42,869 nucleotides of DNA from Acinetobacter phage vB_AbaA_LLY: sequence record OQ503491.1; one strand, written 5' to 3'. The translations under genes and the position numbers were made by a program. Under the pieces are notes generated by a model. That model was not told the origin of the DNA. It was given only the letters and a program-made list of their open reading frames with translations, and searched no databases. Shown one piece after another: positions 35,514-42,869 of the stretch (positions are counted from its first letter, which is position 1; every line of letters begins with the position of its first letter).

Positions 35514-37109
35514 TTGGAACAAAAAGCAACATTAGCAGAACTCTTTAAGAAGGACCAGGACGCAGGTGTCTTGGATGCCTCTGAGAGGTTCGCGCAGTGG
35601 ACGCTCAGCACTATCTTTACCCGGGACGATTCCCTGGACGGTAGACGCAGACCGCTAGAGCGTGACTACCAGAGCACCGGCGCGCAGCTGGTCAACACCG
35701 CGGCCACTAAGATTGTAGGCGCACTGTTCCCGCAGGGTACCAGCTTCTTCCGGTTCTCCAAGAGTTCGGACCTGGACGAGTTCATTAGTTCGCTGGGCAG
35801 TGCAGCTACAGCAGAATCTAAGCTGGCTGAGGTCGAGAACACAGCGTCACAGAAAGTATTTGAGAAAGACGGTTATGCTGCGAAGTTGCAAGCTGTGAAG
35901 CTGCTACTGGTTACAGGTAATGCGTTGGAGTATATTGATGAGCGGACAGGTAAATCCATCGTCTACTCAGTCCGTAACTTTACCGTTCGAAGGGATGGCA
36001 GTGGGAACGTCCTGCGACTCATTATCAGAGAGCGCGCAAGCGTCCAGGACCTGCCAGAGAGTTTCCAGAACACCTTCTACCGTGACAAAGACCCATACGG
36101 CGACGTTGATATCTACACTGCCGCTTGTCGCAAAGTTAAGCGGACAGAGGACGGTGCAGAGGTAGTAAGCTACGAGGTGTACCAAGAAGCAGACGGGCAC
36201 CGTATCGGGGAAAGCAGCACCTATCCGGAGCTGGAGCTTCCTTACAACGTGCTGGTGTGGAACCTTGTTAGTGGTGAGCACTACGGGCGCGGCTTGGTAG
36301 AGGACTACGCCGGGGACTTCGCTAGATTATCCGTACTGTCGGAAGCGTTAACTAACTACGAGGTTGAGTCTGCGAGGTTAATCCCGCTGATTGACGCAAG
36401 CTCCGGGTTAGACGTGGACGAGTTCGCAACGTCTGAGACTGGTGAGGCTGTGCAGGTGGGCGGCGGCGGTTCCAACGGGAACAGCAAATCCCCTGTCACT
36501 GCTTACGAGGGTGGCTCTGCCCAGAAGATTCAGTGGATTGCCAGCAACATTCAGATGCTCGAACAGAAACTGTCTCGTGCGTTTATGTACACCGGTAACT
36601 CGCGGCAAGGTGAGCGTGTCACGGCTTACGAGATTCGCCAGAATGCCAAAGAGGCGGAAGCCGCTATGGGTGGTGGGTTCAGTATCCTGAGCGACACCTG
36701 GCTGCGTAAGCTGGCGTATCTGTACACTGCACTGGTGTATCCTCGCTTTAAGCTGTACCTAAGCGAAGGCGTAGTGAGCATCAACGTTACGGTTGGTACC
36801 TCTGCGCTGGCTAAAGCTGCGGCGGCTGATAAGCTGTTAGAGGCGGCGCAGTCCATGCAGCTGGCTATCCCGGTGCTTGAGCAGATTACTCCACGCTTCA
36901 ACAAGGATGCGTGCGTAGACTGGTACTTCGACGCCTACGGTATCGTCAGCGAGCCGTTCATGTACACCGAAGAGCAACTGCAGCAGAAGCAACAGGTTCA
37001 AGATGCGTCTGCCGATGTATCCGCAGGTGCAGCACAGGACCAACTCCAGGGGCTGACAGCAGCAGACCCAACAGTAGCAGGTAAGCAGCTGGGTTTATTA
37101 CCAAGTTAA
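35514..37109 (+). CDS. Portal (head-tail connector) protein
   Basis: Aligns with T7 gp8, e.g. GERVTAYEIRQNAKEAEAAMGGGFSILS vs GERVTAEEIRYVASELEDTLGGVYSILS. TTG start with an AAGGGGG RBS. Confidence 0.8.
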   Translation: MEQKATLAELFKKDQDAGVLDASERFAQWTLSTIFTRDDSLDGRRRPLERDYQSTGAQLVNTAATKIVGALFPQGTSFFRFSKSSDLDEFISSLGSAATAESKLAEVENTASQKVFEKDGYAAKLQAVKLLLVTGNALEYIDERTGKSIVYSVRNFTVRRDGSGNVLRLIIRERASVQDLPESFQNTFYRDKDPYGDVDIYTAACRKVKRTEDGAEVVSYEVYQEADGHRIGESSTYPELELPYNVLVWNLVSGEHYGRGLVEDYAGDFARLSVLSEALTNYEVESARLIPLIDASSGLDVDEFATSETGEAVQVGGGGSNGNSKSPVTAYEGGSAQKIQWIASNIQMLEQKLSRAFMYTGNSRQGERVTAYEIRQNAKEAEAAMGGGFSILSDTWLRKLAYLYTALVYPRFKLYLSEGVVSINVTVGTSALAKAAAADKLLEAAQSMQLAIPVLEQITPRFNKDACVDWYFDAYGIVSEPFMYTEEQLQQKQQVQDASADVSAGAAQDQLQGLTAADPTVAGKQLGLLPS

Positions 37110-37123
37110 CAACAGAGGTATAG

Positions 37124-37966
37124 ATGGATAACGTAGAAAACGGTCAGAACGTAGAAACTACACAGGTAGAGAACCAAGGCGGCCCTAAGATTCCGGGCCT
37201 AGGTGCCCCCCTTAGCGCCCCGAACAATCAAGGCGTGCAGGATGCACAGACCCCTACCCAGCAGCAACAGGGCAAAGATTCCCCTGACCCTGCTAAGATT
37301 CCTCTGGATATCGAAGCCCTAAAAGCGGCCCTGGATAAGGGTGGCGATAGCGCTAAAGAGCAGCCCCAGGAGCTGGCTAAGACAGGCAACCCGACGATTG
37401 ACGCCGGTGTAGCTATGTTGCAGAAAGTCTCTGGGTTAACTGACTCTGATATGGTGCGGGCACTTGGTAAGGCCCTGGAGTATCAGGACCCTAACCTAAT
37501 CGATACGGCCTTCATTAAGGAACGTTTCGGAGAGCACGCTGCGTATGCAGAGCTGCTGGCTAAGGCGTATCTTGAAGACCAGGTGGGACAAGCCACCAAG
37601 GCAGTACAGGAAGCTTACGATATCGTAGGCGGGAAGGAGAACTGGGAGGTAGCAGCGCAGCTGTTTAATTCCAAGGCTCCAGAGCCTCTGCGTAAGGCTG
37701 CACGAGTCCTGGCTGATTCTGGTGAGCTTAAACAGGCGGCAGAGTTAGTGGCAGGTTACTGCCGTGATATGGGTCTTATCAAGACCTCAAATCCATTAGT
37801 ACGTGGTGTCCCTGGCAACAATGCCTTGTCCGCTGCGGACTTCAAAGTAGAGTATGCTAAACTGCGTCAGGAGGCAGGGAACCGAAGCTTGGAATCCCAG
37901 CAGTTCAGTCAACGTTATCACGATTTACTCGCACGCCGCGAAGCCGGTAAACGCGTAGGTCTTTAA
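37124..37966 (+). CDS. Scaffolding protein
   Basis: Position between portal and capsid. Acidic, Gln/Ala-rich, alpha-helical-type composition. Confidence 0.6.
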   Translation: MDNVENGQNVETTQVENQGGPKIPGLGAPLSAPNNQGVQDAQTPTQQQQGKDSPDPAKIPLDIEALKAALDKGGDSAKEQPQELAKTGNPTIDAGVAMLQKVSGLTDSDMVRALGKALEYQDPNLIDTAFIKERFGEHAAYAELLAKAYLEDQVGQATKAVQEAYDIVGGKENWEVAAQLFNSKAPEPLRKAARVLADSGELKQAAELVAGYCRDMGLIKTSNPLVRGVPGNNALSAADFKVEYAKLRQEAGNRSLESQQFSQRYHDLLARREAGKRVGL

Positions 37967-37990
37967 TATCATTTAAAAGGAAAGTAATAC

Positions 37991-39010
37991 ATGACAGATA
38001 CTATTTATAAAGCTGGCGATACAAGAGCCCACTGGGCAGGAGCGGCGTCTGACGTCGATATTCACCTGGAGGTGTACCAGAATGAAGTGGACACCCGCTT
38101 CCAGTACCAGGCGCTGTTCCTAGGACTCTCTAGCCAGCGCTCTATCAGCGGCTCTAACACCTACCGTATCGACCGCCTGAATACCTCTGCGGTGAAGGGT
38201 CGTCGTTCTGGTGATGCGCTGGATAGCACTCCGGTCCGTAACGATAAGATGATTATCGTAGTGGATACGGTGCTGTACATCCGTAACCCAATCGACTACC
38301 AGGACGACTGGACTGGTCCGGACTTCCTCTCTGAGATGGGCCAGAACAACGGCTCTGAGTTCGCAGAGGTCTTCGACCAGGCACACCTGATTCAGCTCAT
38401 CAAGGGCCGCTCCTGGGTTGCACCGGAGCACCTGAAACCGGCGTTCAACGACGGTATCGAAGTCGGTGCCTCTATCCTGGTAGCAGGTGCTACGCCGGAT
38501 AAACAGCTGACCCAGGCGGAGATGGAAGCTAACGCAATGAACATCAACCTGGCACACAAGGCTGGTATTGATGAGCTCATCAAGCGCAAGACCCCGCTGA
38601 TGGATATGATTACCCTGGTGGACGTTGATACCTACTCGCGCCTGCTGGAGCATCCGAAACTGCTGAACATTGACTTCGGCGCAACCAACGACGACGGTTA
38701 CAAGAACCGCCGAGTTGTGAAGATGAACGGCGTGCCGGTAGTAGAGTGCACCGAGTTCCCGACCGTTGAAGGTACTCATCCGCTGGGTACGGCTTACACC
38801 GTTACCGCTGACGATGCGAACTGCCGCATGGTGACGTTCAGCAAGTCCAAGACCCTGGTGACTGTAGAAGCCAAACCGTTCACCTCACGTATCTGGGATG
38901 ACCAGCGCGAGTTCAACAACGTTCTGGACTGCTACGCGATGTATAACATCGGTCTGCGTCGTCCGGATACCGCCGCAGTGACTAAGTTCACTTTCACCAC
39001 CAAGCTCTAA
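37991..39010 (+). CDS. Major capsid protein
   Basis: Size (339 aa) and position as for T7 gp10A. Strong RBS AAAGGAAAG. Followed by the strongest terminator in the window. Confidence 0.75.
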   Translation: MTDTIYKAGDTRAHWAGAASDVDIHLEVYQNEVDTRFQYQALFLGLSSQRSISGSNTYRIDRLNTSAVKGRRSGDALDSTPVRNDKMIIVVDTVLYIRNPIDYQDDWTGPDFLSEMGQNNGSEFAEVFDQAHLIQLIKGRSWVAPEHLKPAFNDGIEVGASILVAGATPDKQLTQAEMEANAMNINLAHKAGIDELIKRKTPLMDMITLVDVDTYSRLLEHPKLLNIDFGATNDDGYKNRRVVKMNGVPVVECTEFPTVEGTHPLGTAYTVTADDANCRMVTFSKSKTLVTVEAKPFTSRIWDDQREFNNVLDCYAMYNIGLRRPDTAAVTKFTFTTKL

Positions 39011-39021
39011 TTGGAGGTTCA

Positions 39022-39204
39022 ATGGCAGTAATTGCTATGTTCGGTCTGGAGACTCTCCAGGCCAATGCAGCTCAGCGGGAGGCGGTTAAGGCCGCCACCG
39101 ATGTAGCTAAGAACATCCAGGTGGCCTCGGTCGAATCTGGCCGTAAGGCTACCAAGAAAACCCGTAAGGCGGCTGACGTAGCCGCTGATACTACGGAAGA
39201 GTAA
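39022..39204 (+). CDS. Small hypothetical protein (60 aa) downstream of the capsid gene, in the -1 frame relative to it
   Basis: GGAGG RBS and ATG start. Its frame is open from 38986, overlapping the last 8 capsid codons. Confidence 0.4.
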   Translation: MAVIAMFGLETLQANAAQREAVKAATDVAKNIQVASVESGRKATKKTRKAADVAADTTEE

Positions 39205-39209
39205 TACGC

Positions 39210-39247
39210 GCCCCTGGTGCCTTCGGGTGCCAGGGGCTTTTTTTTTT
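39210..39247 (+). terminator. Rho-independent terminator (GCCCCTGGTGCC-ttcg-GGTGCCAGGGGC + T10)
   Basis: 12-bp GC-rich stem, tetraloop and 10 consecutive T. Positioned after the capsid module like T7 T-phi. Confidence 0.85.
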
Positions 39248-39292
39248 GTCCCTGTCTTAAGGGTCCAAGGGGTCTTTAATAGAGGAGCAAAT

Positions 39293-39853
39293 ATGAGGGA
39301 ACTCGAAGCCATTAACATGACGCTGGAAGCCTTGGGGGAGTCTCGCGTTATGGACGTCAATACTAGCAACCCCAGTGCGGGGTTAGCCCGCTCTGCACTT
39401 GCACGCAACCGTCGGGGGTTACTCAGCACGGGGTTCTGGTTTAACGTGGTGGAGCGTGAAGTTACGCCTACTGCTGACGGTTTTATTAAGGTGCCGTGGA
39501 ACCAACTGGCTGTGTACGATGCTGGCTCTGACTCCAAGTACGGGGTACGTGATGGGAACCTGTACGACCTGATGGAGCAGAACCAATATTTCGACAGCTC
39601 CGTTAAGCTCAAAATAGTCCTGGACTTGGACTTTGAGGACCTGCCAGAGCACGCAGCTATGTGGGTGGCTAACTATACCGCTGCGCAGGTATACTTAAAC
39701 GATCTGGGTGGTGACAGCAACTACGCTAATTACGCACAGGAAGCTGAGCGTTACAAGAGCATGGTGCTGCGTGAGCATCTGCGCAACCAGAAGTTCAGCA
39801 CCAGCAAGACACGTTTTGCACGCAGAATCCGCCACGCTCGTTTTATGGTTTAA
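39293..39853 (+). CDS. Tail tubular protein A (T7 gp11-like)
   Basis: MRELEAINMTLEALGESRVMDVNTSNP aligns with T7 gp11 N-terminus ...[36 protein letters not shown] RBS. The ORF-track start 39227 lies inside the terminator. Confidence 0.75.
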   Translation: MRELEAINMTLEALGESRVMDVNTSNPSAGLARSALARNRRGLLSTGFWFNVVEREVTPTADGFIKVPWNQLAVYDAGSDSKYGVRDGNLYDLMEQNQYFDSSVKLKIVLDLDFEDLPEHAAMWVANYTAAQVYLNDLGGDSNYANYAQEAERYKSMVLREHLRNQKFSTSKTRFARRIRHARFMV

Positions 39854-39862
39854 GGAGAGGTT

Positions 39863-42235
39863 ATGGCACAAACACCTATACGGGCGTTAGAAGGCACAAT
39901 TCAGAGCTTGCTGCAGGGCGTCTCCCAGCAGGTTCCAAGAGAGCGCCAACCCGGGCAACTGGGGGCGCAGCTGAATATGCTCAGCGACCCGGTTTCTGGT
40001 ATCCGCCGCAGACCTCGGGGTGAGATTGTCTGGGAGAGCGCGGTTGATAATCCGGGGCTTGATTCCCTGTTCACCGAGTACGTTGAACGTGGGACCAACG
40101 GTAGGCACCTGCTGATTAACACCAGCAACGGTAACTGGTGGCTACTGGCTAAGAACGGGAAGACCGTCCTTAATTCCGGAAACGACTCATACTTTGTTAC
40201 CACTGTAGGCCAGACCTCTTTGCAGACCGCAAGCATTGCCGGCCTGACTTATATCCTGAACACGGAGGTGGCTCCGAACACAACCGTGGACAACACTGGG
40301 CGTATCGACCCCAGCACCACTGGGTTCTTCTACGTTAAATCTGCAGCATTTCAGAAACGCTGGAACGTCACAGTTACTTCTGCGGGGGTAGACTACACTG
40401 GGGACTACACTGCACCGGCTGCTGGTAGCACCAGTGGCAACGCTGAGGAGGTATCTGGTGCTTACGTCGCCCAGCAACTGCGGGACTCTCTTGTAGCGAA
40501 CGGGTTGCCCTCTGGGAACGTTAGCGTACGCGGCGCGTACCTGTTCTTCTACGGGTTGAGCGACTGCGTGGTATCTTCTGACGCTGGCGATACTTACGCT
40601 GGGGTATCCAACCAGTCCCGTGTAGACCAGGAGCAGGACCTTCCTGCACAGCTCCCCGCAGAAGCCGATGGAGCAATGTGCCGAGTGGGTACGGCCTCGT
40701 CTGAGACAGCGTGGTACCGGTTCGATTATAGTACCCGCACCTGGTCTGAGGTGGGGGCGTACGGTAGCATCACCAAGATTACGAACATGCCCAGAGAGCT
40801 CGCTGCAGATGACAACATCATTGCGCGGGATTGGGAGGGGCGCTTAGCAGGCAACGATGACAACAACAGCAACCCGGGATTCGTCGAGAACGGCTATATT
40901 ACTGGTATCGCAGCCTTCCAGGGCCGCTTGGTTCTGCTTAGCGGCAGCTCCGTGGATATGTCAGCCTCGGGCCTGTATCAGCGCTTCTACCGCTCTACTG
41001 TGACGTCTCTGCTGGATACGGACCGTATCAGTATTAGCTCTGCGTCCGCCCAGGATTCTGTGTACCGTACCGCTGTGCAGTTCAACCGGGACCTGGTACT
41101 ATTCGCCAACAGTATGCAGGCCGTTGTACCGGGCTCTGTGGTGCTTACGCCCACTAACGCCAGTATCAGCATTACCAGCACCTATGAGTGCGATAGCCGT
41201 GTGACCCCGGTAATGGCGGGACAGACAGTAATCTACCCGAACAAGCGCAACGACAGCTACGCAGGTGTACTGGAGCTAATCCCGTCACCGTACACTTCGT
41301 CGCAGTACACTACCCAGGACGCCACGGCGCACTTACCGCGGTATATCCCTGGCAGGGTGTTGCAGATGCAAAACTCCAGTGTCACCAATATGGCCTTCTC
41401 GCGCATGTCCGGGGAGCGCAATAGCCTGCTGGTCTATGAGTTCATGTGGGGCGGAAGTGACGGCGCTAAGATGCAAGCGGCGTGGCATAAGTGGTCGTTC
41501 CCGTATCCAATCCTGAGCGTACAGGCGTTGGAGGATGAGGTGTTCTTGTACATGCAAGGGCCCAGTCCCAGCAACAAGCTTTTGATTGTGTCTATGGACC
41601 CGCGTGAAGGTTATCAGCTGGGTTCGGAGTACCGCGAAGCCTACTCGGATTTGCAGAAGCAAGTTCAAGTACAGGACGGGGTATTCACTGTTCCAGAGGT
41701 ACTGCGCCCAGTTGGGTGGGCTGACCGTTACAAGGAAGAGCTTATCCTAACGTACTTGCCCAGCAACCCTATGGGGCCTACTGAGGTTGGCATCAAGGAG
41801 ATTGCCGGGGAGAACACCCTACGGGTTGTGCGTGGCGTACCTGATGGCACCTACGTAATTGGGAGACGCTACCGCAGTACGTTCACTCTAACTACGCCTA
41901 TTCTGCGGGACCAGAATGATAAGCTCGTGGGAAGCGGGCACGTGCGCCTGCTGCGCCTGGACGTGGCTGTACGTAACTCTGGGCACTTCGATGTGCAGGT
42001 ACTAGACACCCCACGGGATGTCAATTGGGGTGGGGAACTGACTGGTATCCTGATGAACTCAAAGGAGCTAACGCTTGGGCAGGCTCTGCGTATGGACTTG
42101 GCTACGATTACCGTACCCTGCCGTACTAACGCGGACACAACCGAGGTAACGCTGTTTACTGAGGGTTCTATGGAACTGAACGTGCTGGATATCTCGTATA
42201 TCCTGCGCTACAACCAACGCAGACGGAGAATTTAA
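39863..42235 (+). CDS. Tail tubular protein B (T7 gp12-like), 790 aa
   Basis: Size and position. GGAGAGG RBS. Confidence 0.75.
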   Translation: MAQTPIRALEGTIQSLLQGVSQQVPRERQPGQLGAQLNMLSDPVSGIRRRPRGEIVWESAVDNPGLDSLFTEYVERGTNGRHLLINTSNGNWWLLAKNGKTVLNSGNDSYFVTTVGQTSLQTASIAGLTYILNTEVAPNTTVDNTGRIDPSTTGFFYVKSAAFQKRWNVTVTSAGVDYTGDYTAPAAGSTSGNAEEVSGAYVAQQLRDSLVANGLPSGNVSVRGAYLFFYGLSDCVVSSDAGDTYAGVSNQSRVDQEQDLPAQLPAEADGAMCRVGTASSETAWYRFDYSTRTWSEVGAYGSITKITNMPRELAADDNIIARDWEGRLAGNDDNNSNPGFVENGYITGIAAFQGRLVLLSGSSVDMSASGLYQRFYRSTVTSLLDTDRISISSASAQDSVYRTAVQFNRDLVLFANSMQAVVPGSVVLTPTNASISITSTYECDSRVTPVMAGQTVIYPNKRNDSYAGVLELIPSPYTSSQYTTQDATAHLPRYIPGRVLQMQNSSVTNMAFSRMSGERNSLLVYEFMWGGSDGAKMQAAWHKWSFPYPILSVQALEDEVFLYMQGPSPSNKLLIVSMDPREGYQLGSEYREAYSDLQKQVQVQDGVFTVPEVLRPVGWADRYKEELILTYLPSNPMGPTEVGIKEIAGENTLRVVRGVPDGTYVIGRRYRSTFTLTTPILRDQNDKLVGSGHVRLLRLDVAVRNSGHFDVQVLDTPRDVNWGGELTGILMNSKELTLGQALRMDLATITVPCRTNADTTEVTLFTEGSMELNVLDISYILRYNQRRRRI

Positions 42236-42236
42236 T

Positions 42237-42824
42237 ATGGGTATGTGGTGGGCAGCCGCCGCCCTAGCAGGCTCTAAACTGCTGGGTGCTGGGGCGCAGA
42301 TTGAGGTATCCAAAGCACGGAACAAGGCCGTAATCCAGCAGACCGCTAAGCAGCTCAACGACATTGCGCTGCAACGCGCCCAGTCCAGGGACCGGACTGA
42401 GGTGTCGCTGTTTAACATCCAGCAGCAGAAGCTGCAGGCCCAGAGTCAAGTAGGCCTACAGGCTGCGTCTTCCGGTACTATGGGGGCGTCGGTTAAGGAC
42501 GCTGTAGCCACCGTTAACACAGTAGCAGGGCGCCAAGAGGCCAGTGTACGGGACCAGCAGGCAACTCAGGAAGAGGGCTTCCGCATGCTGGTGGATAAGA
42601 CCGTTGATTCCGGCCTGGCGAATATGGACATGGAGGGCGGTTATGACAAGATGTTCAACATGGCTCTCAGCGTAGGCGGGCAGATGCTCGGACAGTACGT
42701 AGGTAATAAGCTATCAGAAACTACACCGGAACCTAGCGCACCCAGCGTGGAGCCTACGGCACAGAACTCGTTTCTGTACGACTTGTGGGGCAGCAAGGGG
42801 GATAGCAAGGTTCACACCTGGTAA
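42237..42824 (+). CDS. Internal virion protein A-like (195 aa)
   Basis: Immediately downstream of tail tubular B; Ala/Gln-rich. Confidence 0.5.
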   Translation: MGMWWAAAALAGSKLLGAGAQIEVSKARNKAVIQQTAKQLNDIALQRAQSRDRTEVSLFNIQQQKLQAQSQVGLQAASSGTMGASVKDAVATVNTVAGRQEASVRDQQATQEEGFRMLVDKTVDSGLANMDMEGGYDKMFNMALSVGGQMLGQYVGNKLSETTPEPSAPSVEPTAQNSFLYDLWGSKGDSKVHTW

Positions 42825-42840
42825 ATAGAGAGGGAAGTAA

Positions 42841-42869
42841 ATGCCTGTAATTCAACCCACCCGGCAGGG
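42841..42869 (+). CDS. Start of the next internal virion protein gene (MPVIQPTRQ...), truncated by the window end
   Basis: GAGGGAAG RBS and ATG. Not in frame with position 1, so the window is not a simple circular join. Confidence 0.4.

Overview
This window reads as an almost complete, single-strand (+) genome of a T7-supergroup podophage. Its organisation is phiKMV-like and resembles KP34-type phages (inference): host-promoter and repeat-rich early region, small early genes, primase, helicase, DNA polymerase, exonuclease, endonuclease, then a single-subunit RNA polymerase immediately before the structural block (portal, scaffold, capsid, tail tubular A/B, internal virion proteins, adaptor tail fiber). 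Small and large terminase follow, then a lysis cassette (u-spanin-like lipoprotein, holin, SAR endolysin) and a terminal tailspike/depolymerase. The window starts inside an internal-virion-protein gene and ends just after the start codon of another.

The most unusual content is three mutually homologous group I introns. They interrupt the large terminase gene (ORF-less intron), the DNA polymerase gene (intron carries an HNH homing endonuclease ORF) and the phage RNA polymerase gene (intron carries a Zn-finger/HNH-like endonuclease ORF). Each is inserted inside a highly conserved protein motif, and each has a recognisable P1 pairing with a U·G wobble and conserved R/S core elements.

Other features worth noting:
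- two free-standing HNH endonucleases flanking the polymerase, an HNH remnant, and an HNH–endonuclease VII fusion;
- a unimolecular-spanin-like lysis protein;
- an MH-clan (M42/M20-like) metallopeptidase-like early gene;
- a 1.5-kb non-coding terminus/early-control region with a G11 run, an 18-bp palindrome, GCTATCC and CTAGTG arrays and sigma70-like promoters;
- a thrice-repeated ~24-nt motif (AATTAATGT..GAGTAGGAAT) that may be a phage promoter.

No database searches or computed statistics were run; all homology statements rest on motif recognition by eye.
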